Positions 26,913 to 37,047 are shown, numbered from the stretch's first letter. The stretch is 53,747 nt of DNA from Myxococcota bacterium (GCA_040752415.1 JBFMGU010000040.1:1-53747); one strand, 5' to 3'. Program-made: numbers and translations. Notes: generated from the letters alone by a model not told the origin.

Positions 26913-28787
26913 TCAGATGACGCCGCGCTTCCTCAGCAGGGCCACCAGTTGGGCCACCCCCTCGTCGACGGAGAGCTTGTCGGTGGCCAACGCCAACGCC
27001 GGGGAACGTGGTGCCTGGTAGGCCGCGGTCTCCCGCGCCACCTCGTCGCCATCCGGCTGCGCCGGCAACCGCTCCCGACGTACCTGCTCCGGCGCGCCCA
27101 CCATCACCTCCAGGAAGCGGTCCCCGCCCACCACGTCCCGCGCCTGCTCCCGCTCCTCGCGCTCCGGCGAGGAGAACGCGCAGATGGCAATCAGGCCCGC
27201 GTCGTTGAGCTGCCGCGCCAACGTCGCCGCGGTGCCCACGTCGACGTCCTGGCGCTCATGCAGCACGTACCCCAGCTTCCCCAGCGCAAAGAGCTTCTCC
27301 TCCAGCGCATAGGCCAGCGTGCCCTTCCCCGCGCCAGTGGGACCGGTGAGCCAGAGCGTCACCGCCTGCTGCCCCAGCCGCTCCCGACGCTGCTCCGCGC
27401 CCACCCGGCTGCGGTGCGCGTGCCCCACCGGGCCCCGTCGACGTTGTGTCGTTGCTGGCGCGTCGTCGTCACCACTCTCCGCGTCGCGCTCCAGGATCAT
27501 GCCCGCGCCCACGGTGTTGTTGGTGAGCCGGTCCACGACGATGAATGCGCCGGTGGCGCGGTTGCGCGCGTACGGGTCGTAACAGAGGGGCCGGTTGGTC
27601 TCCACCACCACGCGGCCAATCTCGTTGAGGGCCAGCGCCGGGGCGTCGTCGCGTTGCAGCGTGTTGACGTCGACGCGGTGACGGATGCGCCGGATGGTCC
27701 CCGGCACCAGGCGCGTGGCGTGCTTGATGAGATACGCCTTGCCCGGCTGCATGGGGTCTTCACCCATCCACACCAGCATGGCGTCCAGCACGCGACCCAC
27801 GCGCGGCGGATTGTGCGGATGCGCCAGCACATCCCCGCGCGAGACGTCGATCTCCCGGTCCAGCGTGACCTGCAGCGCCTGGGGCGCAAACCCCTCACCC
27901 AGCTCCACGCCACCCGGCCCGTACACGCGCGCCACCCGGGCCTTGACGCCACTGGGCAGCGCCACCACGTCGTCACCGGGGCGGATGAGGCCGGAGGCCA
28001 GCGTGCCGGTGAAGCCGCGGAAGTCCAGGTTGGGACGGTTCACCAGCTGCACCGGGAAGCGCATGTCGGCCAGGTTGCGGTCCGAGGCGATGTGCACGTT
28101 CTCCAGGATGTGCATCAGCGTGGGGCCGGCGTACCAGGCCAGGTTCTGGCTCCGGTCCACCACGTTGTCGCCGTGCAACGCGGCCAGCGGGACAAAGCGC
28201 ACGTCAGGGAGCTGCAGCTGCTCGGCGAAGCGGGTGTAATCCGCGCGAATGTGGTCGAACGCGCTCTCCGAGAAGCCCACCAGGTCCATCTTGTTGATGG
28301 CCACCACCACGTGCTTGATGCCCAGCAGCGAGACGATGAAGGAGTGGCGACGGGTCTGGGTCAGCACGCCCTTGCGCGCGTCAATCAGGATGATGGCCAG
28401 GTCCGCGGTGGACGCGCCGGTGGCCATGTTGCGCGTGTACTGCTCGTGGCCGGGGCAGTCGGCGATGATGAACTTGCGCTTGGCGGTGGAGAAGTAGCGG
28501 TAGGCAACGTCAATGGTGATGCCCTGCTCGCGCTCGGCCTTCAGTCCGTCGGTGAGCAGCGCGGGGTCGAACTCCGTGTTGGTGGTGCCGTGGCGGAGGG
28601 AGGCGTTCTTCACCGCGGCCAGCTGGTCCTCGTAGACCATCTTGGAGTCGTAGAGCAGGCGGCCAATGAGGGTGCTCTTGCCGTCGTCGACGCTGCCGCA
28701 GGTGATGAGACGCAACAACTCCTTGCGTTCATGCTGGGCCAGGTACGCGTCAATGTCGGTGGCAATGAGCTCGGACTGGTGGGACAT
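26913..28787 (-). CDS. cysN: Sulfate adenylyltransferase large subunit fused to a degenerate APS kinase domain
   Basis: [54 protein letters not shown]-terminal CysC-like domain. Confidence 0.97.
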   Translation of the reverse strand: MSHQSELIATDIDAYLAQHERKELLRLITCGSVDDGKSTLIGRLLYDSKMVYEDQLAAVKNASLRHGTTNTEFDPALLTDGLKAEREQGITIDVAYRYFSTAKRKFIIADCPGHEQYTRNMATGASTADLAIILIDARKGVLTQTRRHSFIVSLLGIKHVVVAINKMDLVGFSESAFDHIRADYTRFAEQLQLPDVRFVPLAALHGDNVVDRSQNLAWYAGPTLMHILENVHIASDRNLADMRFPVQLVNRPNLDFRGFTGTLASGLIRPGDDVVALPSGVKARVARVYGPGGVELGEGFAPQALQVTLDREIDVSRGDVLAHPHNPPRVGRVLDAMLVWMGEDPMQPGKAYLIKHATRLVPGTIRRIRHRVDVNTLQRDDAPALALNEIGRVVVETNRPLCYDPYARNRATGAFIVVDRLTNNTVGAGMILERDAESGDDDAPATTQRRRGPVGHAHRSRVGAEQRRERLGQQAVTLWLTGPTGAGKGTLAYALEEKLFALGKLGYVLHERQDVDVGTAATLARQLNDAGLIAICAFSSPEREEREQARDVVGGDRFLEVMVGAPEQVRRERLPAQPDGDEVARETAAYQAPRSPALALATDKLSVDEGVAQLVALLRKRGVI

Positions 28788-28817
28788 GACTGCCTTGTCG
28801 ACGGAAAACCGCCGGGG

Positions 28818-29738
28818 TCAGAAGTAGCCTTCCTTCTTCTTCTCCTCCATGGAGCCATCCTGGTCGAAGTCGATGACGCGGCCCTGGCGCTCGGACACCT
28901 TGGTGAGCAGCATCTCCTGGATGATCTCGGGGAGCGTGGTGGCGGAGGATTCCACGGCGCCGGTGAGCGGGTAGCAGCCCAGCGTGCGGAAGCGCACCTG
29001 GCGTTGCTGGGGCATCTCACCGGGTTTGAGCGGCATGCGGTCGTCGTCGACCATGATGAGCACGCCGTCGCGTTCCACCACCGGGCGCGCCTGGGAGAAG
29101 TAGAGGTCCGGCAGCGGGATCTTCTCGAGGTGGACGTATTGCCAGATGTCCAGCTCGGTCCAGTTGCTGAGCGGGAAGACGCGGATGGATTCCCCGCGGT
29201 CCACGCGGCCGTTGTAGACGTTCCACAGCTCCGGCCGCTGGTTCTTGGGATCCCACTGGTGCTGGCGGTTGCGGAAGGAATACACGCGCTCCTTGGCGCG
29301 GCTCTTCTCCTCGTCACGACGGGCACCGCCAAAGGCCGCGTCGAACTTGTACTTGTCCAGCGCCTGCAAGAGGCCCTGCGTCTTCATGATGTCCGTGTGC
29401 TTCTTGCTGCCCACGGTGAAGGGACTGATGTTGTTCCTGACGCCGTCGGGATTGATGTGCACCAGCACGTTCAGTCCCAGCGTGCCGCGGATGTACTCCT
29501 CGCGGTGGCGGTACATCTCGCGGAACTTCCAGCCGGTGTCGACGTGCAACAGCGGGAACGGCGGCTTGTCCGGCCAGAACGCCTTCAACGCCAGGTGCAC
29601 CATCACCGCCGAGTCCTTCCCGATGGAATAGAGCATCACCGGGTTCTCGAACTCCGCCACCACCTCCCGCATGATGTGGATGCTCTCCGCCTCCAGTTGC
29701 TTGAGATGCGTCAGGAGGTGGGGCTGCGTGGAGGTCAC
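28818..29738 (-). CDS. cysD: Sulfate adenylyltransferase small subunit
   Basis: [61 protein letters not shown] start after GAGAGAG. Confidence 0.97.
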   Translation of the reverse strand: MTSTQPHLLTHLKQLEAESIHIMREVVAEFENPVMLYSIGKDSAVMVHLALKAFWPDKPPFPLLHVDTGWKFREMYRHREEYIRGTLGLNVLVHINPDGVRNNISPFTVGSKKHTDIMKTQGLLQALDKYKFDAAFGGARRDEEKSRAKERVYSFRNRQHQWDPKNQRPELWNVYNGRVDRGESIRVFPLSNWTELDIWQYVHLEKIPLPDLYFSQARPVVERDGVLIMVDDDRMPLKPGEMPQQRQVRFRTLGCYPLTGAVESSATTLPEIIQEMLLTKVSERQGRVIDFDQDGSMEEKKKEGYF

Positions 29739-29848
29739 GGGGGCTCTCTCGCCGGGCGCGGTGTCGACGGAGTCCGCGCGCTGGCCGGGGTGTGGAAGCA
29801 CGTTCCACCGTCGGCTTATACGAGCCGCCCCGGCGTGGGCGCAAACCG
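29707..29848. repeat. Direct repeat copy A: cysD first ~10 codons plus leader
   Basis: Aligns with 37073-37218, e.g. GCTCTCTCGCCGGGCGCGGTGTCGACGGAGTCCGCGCGCTGGC identical; weaker similarity continues to ~29975. Confidence 0.92.
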
Positions 29849-30158
29849 CGCCGCTGCCCGCTCGTCGGAGCGCGGGCGGTTCCCAGGCTCAAGGCGCAGG
29901 ACGCGCTGGAGGCGCACTCTGGAATTCCCCGGCCCAGCGCCGCTCCGCCCGGGTGGCGACCGGCACGCCGTGAATGCGTATCCCGACATTCCCTTGCGCG
30001 TCTCACACACACCCTCTTCCCCTCCTACCCGCTTCGTGGGCACCTGCCCCGACGACGCTACCGTCGAGCGCATCGCCTCCCTCCGCTGAGGCATGGTGCC
30101 CTCGCCGGCGCGGTGGTACGCACAGGCGCGTGCCGCGTGACGGTGATTGCTCGTGCTG

Positions 30159-30947
30159 ATGTCCAACCTGCTCCTGGCTGCCCACCTGCTGCTCCCGGTC
30201 GCCAACCCGGACACCCAGAGCGTGCTCATCCTGCCGCTGGAAGCCAAGCAAGGCGCGCCGCGGGAGCTCGCCGAGGTGGTGACCCAACTGCTCGCCGCCG
30301 ACGCCTCCAAGCTTCCCGAGTTCCAGGTCGTGACGTTTCGTGAGGTGGAGGGGACCATGAGCCAGGAACAGGTGCGACAGGTGGCCGGCTGCTCCACCGT
30401 CTCCTGCGCCGCGGAGATCGCCGGCGCGCTCAACACCGACCAGATCGTCATGGGCACGCTCGCGAACGTGGGCGACAACTTCGTCCTCACGCTCTCCCGC
30501 ATCCGCGCGCGCGATGCCCGCGTGGTCGGCCGCGCCACCGACGTGGTGCCCCGGCTCGACCAGAACACGATGCTCCGGCGCATTCCCCACGTGGTGGCCA
30601 CGCTGTTTGGCGTCGTAGCCGAGGGTCAACCCGCCAGCGCGCCCAGTGACGACGGAGCAGCCGCGGGACGTACAAGGGGAACGCCACTCGCCGGTGTCGC
30701 GCTGTTGGCGTCTTCCCCGGTGCCGCTGGCATTCAGCGTCGTGCTCGTCGCTGCGGCAGCGGCGGTGACCTACGGGACGGTGGCGCTTCCCGGCGTTCCC
30801 CGTCCCGCGCAGTCGACGCCGGGTCCGGTGGCGGCGCGGTTGGCGTTCGTCGTCCTGTCCGTGGGCGGGGCGGGCCTGTTGCTGGTGATCAGTGCGCTCG
30901 CAATGGTGGGTGGCGGCGCTCTTGCGGCGTGGAAGGCGGCGGGTTGA
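30159..30947 (+). CDS. Secreted CsgG/TolB_N-like domain protein with C-terminal hydrophobic hairpin (cassette 1 partner)
   Basis: VLILPLE..., GCSTVSCAAEIAGALNTDQIVMGTL..VGDNFVLTL, two Gly/Ala-rich hydrophobic helices. Confidence 0.75.
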   Translation: MSNLLLAAHLLLPVANPDTQSVLILPLEAKQGAPRELAEVVTQLLAADASKLPEFQVVTFREVEGTMSQEQVRQVAGCSTVSCAAEIAGALNTDQIVMGTLANVGDNFVLTLSRIRARDARVVGRATDVVPRLDQNTMLRRIPHVVATLFGVVAEGQPASAPSDDGAAAGRTRGTPLAGVALLASSPVPLAFSVVLVAAAAAVTYGTVALPGVPRPAQSTPGPVAARLAFVVLSVGGAGLLLVISALAMVGGGALAAWKAAG

Positions 30948-30951
30948 GACG

Positions 30952-31812
30952 ATGCGCGCGCCTCCCGTCAGCTCGCTGGTCGTGGTGGCCATCACCCTGG
31001 CGACGGCGTGCGCGCAAACCGTCTTCTATTGCTCGGCCAGCAGCGAGTGTCTGCCCCAGCAGCAGTGTGTGGAAGGGCGCTGCGTGTCGCAGGCGGTCGT
31101 TGCGCCGTCGTCGTCGAGCACGGCGGGCGGGCCGGCTTGTGCGGTCGATGCGGGCGTTTGCCAGGTCAGCGAATACTGCGCCGCGGACCCGCCGCGGTGC
31201 GTTACCCGCTGTGATGAGCCCGAGGCCGCGCCGTGCCTGGGCGACACCACGTGCCAGCGCAGCGGGGTTTGTGAGCGTTCCTGCCTGGACTCCGAATGCC
31301 TCGTCGATCCCGGCGCGCAACTCTGCGACCGGACCACCAACCGCTGCCAGCACCCCGACACGGTGACCGGCAATTGCCCCATCGTGACTTCAGGCGCAGC
31401 GCCCGGAGACCACGCGATTCCGCCCTACCAGGTCGACGGGCCCATCCTGTGGAAACCCAACGCCCACAACGCGGGCACCGGCGGGCCGCGCTGTGCCGCC
31501 GGCGAGTCGGAGTTCAGCTTGAGCTTCCGCTACACCGACGCCTCGGGCGAGATGCTGCCGACGCTCGACCCCACCACGCTCGAGCCGTTGCTGTATCCGC
31601 GCGTCCAGACCTGGCAGCGGCATTCCCAGGGCATCACCTGGCGCCAGGGCTTCGACCACGTCATCCAGGTCGGCCCGAGCTCCACCACCGCGGTGGGCGA
31701 CCTCACGCTCTCCTATTGTCACGGCGAGCTGGCCAACTATCCATCGGAGATCGTCATTTCCCTGACCGACGAGGACGGCGCCACCAGCAACATCCTGTGC
31801 GCCGCGTTCTGA
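30952..31812 (+). CDS. Cys-rich lipoprotein (cassette 1 passenger)
   Basis: Lipobox LATA|C, CSASSECLPQQQCVEGRC, SSSST, further Cys repeats and a C-terminal beta domain. Confidence 0.8.
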   Translation: MRAPPVSSLVVVAITLATACAQTVFYCSASSECLPQQQCVEGRCVSQAVVAPSSSSTAGGPACAVDAGVCQVSEYCAADPPRCVTRCDEPEAAPCLGDTTCQRSGVCERSCLDSECLVDPGAQLCDRTTNRCQHPDTVTGNCPIVTSGAAPGDHAIPPYQVDGPILWKPNAHNAGTGGPRCAAGESEFSLSFRYTDASGEMLPTLDPTTLEPLLYPRVQTWQRHSQGITWRQGFDHVIQVGPSSTTAVGDLTLSYCHGELANYPSEIVISLTDEDGATSNILCAAF

Positions 31813-31994
31813 GTGCTTCACGGCCCGCCGCGCAGGTTGCTTCAACGTGACGGTGCGCCAGCTGGCGCGCTTCACTCCTCCGCGGTCTGCCGGCGAACCT
31901 CCAGCACGGCGCTTCGCACGTTGACGTTCTCGGCCCACTCCGCGCTCGCGCGGACGACGTAGCGGCCCGCCGCAGGCGCGGTCACCTCGGAATC

Positions 31995-32066
31995 GAAGTG
32001 CACACGGTGTCCGCGATCCGCCATGGCCATGCCCAGCTCGGTGGCGATCACGCGACGGAAGCCGGT
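31995..32066 (-). pseudogene. bshA: 5' fragment of bacillithiol glycosyltransferase
   Basis: VIATELGMAMADRGHRVHF matches the BshA N-terminal motif GGSG-VVATELG-x-LA-x-RGH-x-VHF; similarity ends abruptly. Confidence 0.7.
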
Positions 32067-32107
32067 CACATCACGCGTCGCCGGTGCGCATAATCTGCAG
32101 GAAGGCG

Positions 32108-33145
32108 ATGTTTGAGCGCGTCGTGCGCATGCTGCTATCTGGTCGCGTGATGCGTCCTTTCTCCTTCCTGGTCGGACTTGCAGCGTTTGTCGTCGACAGT
32201 CCCACGGTGCGGGCACAAGCCCCGGATGCCACGGCGCCGACCGTGGCCGTGTTGAAGTTGGAGTCCCAGTACGGCGTGATTCCCGGGCTGGCGGCAGTGC
32301 TGGGCGACCACCTGACGCAGTCGGTACGCGAGAGCCGCGCATTCGCACAGGTCATCGCTGCGCGTGAAGTGGAAACCGTGCTCGGCATGGATCGCACGGC
32401 GCTCCTGGCGAACTGCGACTCGGAAGGGTGCATGGCGGAGATGGCCGGTGCACTCGGCGTGGATTTCGTGCTCAGCGGCAGCGTCGGCAAGGTGGGAAGC
32501 AACTTTGTGCTCTCCCTGCGGTTGCTGGATGTCCGACGGGGCCTCGCGGCGTCGTCGGTGAGCGAGCGCGTCCCGGGCAACAGCGAGGACGCACTGCTCA
32601 ACAGCATCGAGCCCGCGCTCATCAAGCTGCTGGACGGTGCCGCGCTCACGCACCCAGGCCTCGCGAAGGAGCCCGCTGCGCCGCTGGAGCGCGCTTCCGC
32701 GCCGCCGCCCACCCCCGCCGCGTCGCCCACTGCTCCAGAGCCCGCATCACCACCCGCTGCACCCGCTGCACCCACAGATCGCGTGCCGCCGTCGGTGACG
32801 CCGCCCGCGCCGCCCGCGGCCACGTCGAGCGCAGAAGCCGCGGATCCCGAGCCGGAAGGCGGAGGACCGGGCACCGCGCTGCGAGGGGTGGGACTGGCCG
32901 GGTTGCTCCTCGCGCTGCCGATCGTGCTCACCGGCGTCGTGGGCACGCTGGTGTTTGCGACCGTGTTCTCCGCCGACGTCGTCGGCAGCGGCGGCGCCGC
33001 GCTCCAGGGCAACCACGCTGTCACCGCAACTGCCGCGCTGCTGGCCCAGGCCGGGCTCGGCATCGGCATCCTCGCCAGCGTTCCGGCCGTGACGGGCATT
33101 GCGTTGTCACTGGTCTTCCTCGTCCTGTCGCGGGTGGTTGGATGA
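32108..33145 (+). CDS. Secreted CsgG/TolB_N-like domain protein with Pro-rich linker and C-terminal hydrophobic hairpin (cassette 2 partner)
   Basis: VAVLKLE..., NCDSEGCMAEMAGALGVDFVLSGSVGKVGSNFVLSLRLLD; paralog of 30159-30947; start may be 32150. Confidence 0.8.
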   Translation: MFERVVRMLLSGRVMRPFSFLVGLAAFVVDSPTVRAQAPDATAPTVAVLKLESQYGVIPGLAAVLGDHLTQSVRESRAFAQVIAAREVETVLGMDRTALLANCDSEGCMAEMAGALGVDFVLSGSVGKVGSNFVLSLRLLDVRRGLAASSVSERVPGNSEDALLNSIEPALIKLLDGAALTHPGLAKEPAAPLERASAPPPTPAASPTAPEPASPPAAPAAPTDRVPPSVTPPAPPAATSSAEAADPEPEGGGPGTALRGVGLAGLLLALPIVLTGVVGTLVFATVFSADVVGSGGAALQGNHAVTATAALLAQAGLGIGILASVPAVTGIALSLVFLVLSRVVG

Positions 33146-36100
33146 TGGTTCGTCCGGCTCTCGTCGTCGCGTTGTTGCCGGCGGCGTGCATCTACAACCC
33201 CGGCCACGAATACCCCTGCGAAACCGACGCGGACTGCGTGGGGCCGCCAGGGAGCTACTGCAGCGACGAGAAGCAGTGCGTCTTCGGCGGCCCTTCACCG
33301 GCTTCGTCGTCGGGGAGCAATGGTTCGTCGTCCACGCCGGCAGCGTCATCGTCATCCGCGAACTCGGGCAGCGGCGGGAGCTCGTCGCACAGCTCTTCCG
33401 GCTCTTCGTCCGGCACCGTCAGCACCTCTGCTTCGGGAAGCAGCAGCGGGTCCACGGGATCCTCGTCGGGCCCCGACACCACGCCGCCGGATGCGCCGGG
33501 CGCCGCGGGGTTGCGCCTGACCCGCTTCCCCGCGGGCACGCCGGACCGCCTGCTAGGCGCGGCAGGCACCGTGGAGGCAAACGCCACCGTCGTCGTCTAC
33601 GACCAGACGCCCACCCCTGGCGCGCCAGCGGTGGCCAGCGTTGTTGCCGATGGCGCGGGAGGGTTCGGCCCGATCGACGTGGGGGACAATCGTGGCGATG
33701 CGAATGCGGATCTGCACGTCATTGCCCGGGATGCCGCCGGCAATCGCAGCGGCGCGACGCTCGTCCACAACGACCCGGTGCCGCCGGTGTTGACGGTTGA
33801 CCAGTTCGCGGTGGTCCACGAACGGCGCCTGCACGGAATCGACGCGCCCGACGGCGGAGCGGGCCCGCGCATGGGCGTGGTGGCGGCAAGTGGGGCAGGC
33901 ACCATCTTCGGAGACGCCTTCACGTTCGACGGCATCCCGGCCCGCTCGGTGACATTCTGGCGCGAGGCGTACAACGGCGCTCCCCTCGCCACGGTGGTGC
34001 GCACCGGCGACGGGAGCTGGCCAACGGTCCCATTTGACTCCGACGGCGTCACCGTCGAGGTCACCGGCGAGGATGCGACCGGAGGAAACAGCACACCCGT
34101 GCGGCTGGCGGAGAACGTGTGGGTCGTCAACAGCGGCGAAGGCAGCGCTGTCGCCGGGGGAACCCAGTTCCCCGAAGGGCTGGCGGCCGACCCCGACGTT
34201 TCCGTCGTGAGCACCTGCGGCACCGCGGCGTATCCCCTGGCCCAGGAGGACGGCTGCGGACTGGTCGCGAGCCCCAAGCCGCTGTGGCGGCGCACGGTCT
34301 TCAGCGCCGCGGCACCACCGCCGGCGCGCAGCGCAGGGCTCGTCTACGACGATGAACGCGGCGTCCTGGTGCGCTTTGGGGGCGACGACGCCAACGGACC
34401 GCAGGATGCGACATACGAGTGGGACGGCAGCGGCTGGCGCGACGGTGCGCCTTTGCCCATGTCACCAAGGGCGCGCACGCGGCATGCCATGGCCTACGAC
34501 CCTTCCCGACGACGCACGGTGGTGTTCGGCGGCAGCGACGGGAACGTGCGCCTCTCGGACACGTGGGAATACGACGGCAGCACCTGGACGCTCGTGGCTC
34601 CCTCGAACAGCGGTCCGAGCGCGCGGGACGGCGCAGCCATGGCATACGACGAGGCGCTCGGGGCGGTGGTGCTCGTGGGCGGCAACACCGGCGTCGTCAC
34701 CGAAGAGATGTGGAGCTGGGACGGCCTGGTGTGGACGCGGCGCACGCCGGAAACGCTGCCGCCGGCCCGCGAAGCGGCGGCCATGGCGTATGACGACGCG
34801 AGGGGTCGATTGGTGTTGTTCGGCGGGCAGGGCACCAGCGGCGCGCTCGACGACCTCTGGGAATGGAACGGCCTGGCTTGGTCCATGCCCGAAGTGGCGG
34901 GCGATGCTCCCGGTGCGCGCACCGCTGCGGCCATGGCCTACGACCGCGCCCGCAGCCGGGTGGTGCTCCTCGGCGGGGATGACGGCGGCGGGGCACTCAG
35001 CGAGGGCTGGGAGTGGAACGGGACGACGTGGACCAACATCTCGCCCCCCCTGGCGGCGCTGGGGCCGCGCAGGCAGGTGGCGGCGGCGTATCACGCCCGG
35101 CTGGGGCGCGTGGTGGTGAACGGCGGCGACAACGGCGTCGCCGTGCACGGCGACACGTTGCTGTGGGATGGGAACGCCACGCGCGAGTACCAGCCCGACG
35201 GTGTCCCCGCTGCGGTGAGCGGCGACGATATCCGACTCCCGCTCGTCTACGACTTCACCCGCGCAGTCCTTGTCTACGTGGATACCAAGTTTAGCGACGA
35301 TCCCAACCCGTCCCGCACGTGGGAATGGAACGGCGTCGAGTGGCTGTTGCGCCTGGACTCCAGCAACACGCCGTATGCCATGGGCGCTTTTAGGGCGGCG
35401 CACGACGGCGCGCGCGGCGAGACACTGCTCTTTGTTACGAGCCGCTGGTTCAACGGCAGCGAATTGCAGGTGCAGGACACCTGGGCCTGGAACGGGACGG
35501 CGTGGCGCGTGGTGGCCGGTGGGTTGGGAAGCAGATACGGCGCCTCCTTGGCCTTCGACCAGGCGCGTGGTGTCGTGGTCCTGTTTGGCGGCGTCTGCAC
35601 CAGCTGCACCCCGCGCTACCGCGGCGACACGTGGACGTGGGACGGGTCGTCATGGACACGGCGCGCGGAGACGGGTCCGGCTGGCCGCAGCTACGCGGGA
35701 ATGACGTACGACGCTGACCGGCAGCTCGTGCAACTCGTCGGTGGATACGACAGCGAGCTATCATTTATGTATGACGCCACGATGTGGGAATGGGACGGAA
35801 CGGAGTGGACGGCGGTCCCGGCCCAGGGTCCCGGACCGAACCCGGTGTTCAACGTCAATCCTTCCCTCATCTACGACGACGCCCGGCGGCGCACGGTGGC
35901 CATCGTCGAAGGGGGGCTGACCTGGGACTGGGACACCGCGACGTCGACGTGGCAGGCGTTGCCCACGCTCGGGCGGGTTGACGTGCCGTCCATGGCCGAG
36001 GGCTACGCGTGGGACTCCGCGCGGGAGCGTGCGGCGGCGGCCGCCTTTGGCGTCCTGTGGGAGCTGGACCTGGACTCGTCGCGGCGCGCGGCAGTCCACC

Positions 36101-36444
36101 TGGACGCGGCGTGGTCGGGCGCCGGGCTCACCCGCGGTGATGTGACATCCGTGTCGGTGCGAGCGCTCTGCGCGGCGGGAACAACGGGGGCTTCGTTGTA
36201 CGTTCGCGATGCGTCCGGCTGGCGCCTGGTGGACGAGAACGCCGCCCCGCTCGGCGACGCGGAACCCCATGTGCCAGGTGCACCGGCCTCGCTTCTGGAA
36301 TGGTCCTCCGGCGACGTCACTGAAGCACGCAATGTGGCGGCCAATCCCGCGGTGCCGGTGGCGGCGCAGTGTCGGGCCCGTTCTCTGCTTGACGACGTGG
36401 CAGCGGACTTCATCGAGGTGCGCTTGCGCTACCGCACCCCCTGA
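33142..36444 (+). CDS. Large lipoprotein with Cys module, Ser-rich linker, Ig-like domain and 12 Kelch-like repeats (cassette 2 passenger)
   Basis: ATGA overlap; lipobox LPAA|C; CETDADC; DTTPPDAP...DAAGNRS; repeats AMAYDxxRxRVVLFGG...DTWEWDGxxW. Confidence 0.88.
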   Translation: MMVRPALVVALLPAACIYNPGHEYPCETDADCVGPPGSYCSDEKQCVFGGPSPASSSGSNGSSSTPAASSSSANSGSGGSSSHSSSGSSSGTVSTSASGSSSGSTGSSSGPDTTPPDAPGAAGLRLTRFPAGTPDRLLGAAGTVEANATVVVYDQTPTPGAPAVASVVADGAGGFGPIDVGDNRGDANADLHVIARDAAGNRSGATLVHNDPVPPVLTVDQFAVVHERRLHGIDAPDGGAGPRMGVVAASGAGTIFGDAFTFDGIPARSVTFWREAYNGAPLATVVRTGDGSWPTVPFDSDGVTVEVTGEDATGGNSTPVRLAENVWVVNSGEGSAVAGGTQFPEGLAADPDVSVVSTCGTAAYPLAQEDGCGLVASPKPLWRRTVFSAAAPPPARSAGLVYDDERGVLVRFGGDDANGPQDATYEWDGSGWRDGAPLPMSPRARTRHAMAYDPSRRRTVVFGGSDGNVRLSDTWEYDGSTWTLVAPSNSGPSARDGAAMAYDEALGAVVLVGGNTGVVTEEMWSWDGLVWTRRTPETLPPAREAAAMAYDDARGRLVLFGGQGTSGALDDLWEWNGLAWSMPEVAGDAPGARTAAAMAYDRARSRVVLLGGDDGGGALSEGWEWNGTTWTNISPPLAALGPRRQVAAAYHARLGRVVVNGGDNGVAVHGDTLLWDGNATREYQPDGVPAAVSGDDIRLPLVYDFTRAVLVYVDTKFSDDPNPSRTWEWNGVEWLLRLDSSNTPYAMGAFRAAHDGARGETLLFVTSRWFNGSELQVQDTWAWNGTAWRVVAGGLGSRYGASLAFDQARGVVVLFGGVCTSCTPRYRGDTWTWDGSSWTRRAETGPAGRSYAGMTYDADRQLVQLVGGYDSELSFMYDATMWEWDGTEWTAVPAQGPGPNPVFNVNPSLIYDDARRRTVAIVEGGLTWDWDTATSTWQALPTLGRVDVPSMAEGYAWDSARERAAAAAFGVLWELDLDSSRRAAVHLDAAWSGAGLTRGDVTSVSVRALCAAGTTGASLYVRDASGWRLVDENAAPLGDAEPHVPGAPASLLEWSSGDVTEARNVAANPAVPVAAQCRARSLLDDVAADFIEVRLRYRTP

Positions 36445-36463
36445 TGGCTGCCCTACGAGCGAG

Positions 36464-36619
36464 GAGCGGCCTCGTCAGCGCGCTGGAAAGAAGAGCGGGC
36501 GGACAAAGCTGTTGCGACGGAAGTGATCCACCGGGTCCATCACGCCGGGTGTCTCCCGTGAGGTCGGGCTCACCGTGGGCCACGCCGATCTGCGCTCCGT
36601 AGAACCGGTTGCGAATCTC
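36464..36619 (-). pseudogene. bshB1: 3' fragment of bacillithiol deacetylase plus the first codons of bshA
   Basis: EIRNRFYGAQIGVAHGEPDLT [frameshift] ETPGVMDPVDHFRRNSFVRPLFFPAR* resembles myxobacterial BshB1 C-termini; the stop overlaps CTG-ACG-AGG-CCG-CTC ((M)TRPL). Confidence 0.6.
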
Positions 36620-37047
36620 CGGCACCGCGGCTGTTTCGTCGAACTCGAAAACATCACTGGTTCCGCAACGCTGGGCGTCCAGTTCACGGTGCAGTGCCCG
36701 GACGAGGTCTCCATGCGCAAGCTCGCCGTCCGTTCACCGGGCGCATCCGGCGCGAACCACACGTGGAGCGAAACCGTGCCGCCGCCCGGCACCGTCTCCG
36801 TGGCGCTCTCCAGCGCAAAGGCGGCGTCACCCTCGAGGAGGGTTCGGCTCACCTGAACCTCCGTAGCGCCGTGGTTGCGAAGCACAAGCGCCTGCGTCAC
36901 GCGTGAGCCGACCATGTGCGAACCGAATCCCAGCCGTTCAGGCTCCGACGTGAGGAGCGATGGCGAGCGGTCCAGGCTTGCCGGGTCCTCGGCCAGGCAG
37001 CCCGCCGCCACCAGGATGACAACGATGATCGGCCTGGCTGCGCCCAT
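36620..37047 (-). pseudogene. Truncated lipoprotein with one ASH / choice-of-anchor-D Ig-like domain
   Basis: MGAARPIIVVILVAAG|C, PERLGFGSHMVG...LVLRNHG...VPGGGTVSLHVWFAP...GERTASL; frame degrades after GHCTV. Confidence 0.55.

Noticed and set aside
26949..30089. Long antisense ORFs (1046 aa here; also 4492-6543, 13625-15517, 16736-18754, 20534-22738 and most of 50428-53646)
   Set aside because: They are shadows of real opposite-strand genes, caused by high GC3 and scarce stop codons.
32083..32110. GGTGCGCATAA, identical to the XerC arm of E. coli dif, near the left edge of cassette 2
   Set aside because: The XerD arm (TTATGTTAAAT) is absent, with GGAAGGCGATG in its place. CATAAT is equally explained as a -10 box. 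Worth rechecking only if other cassettes carry it.
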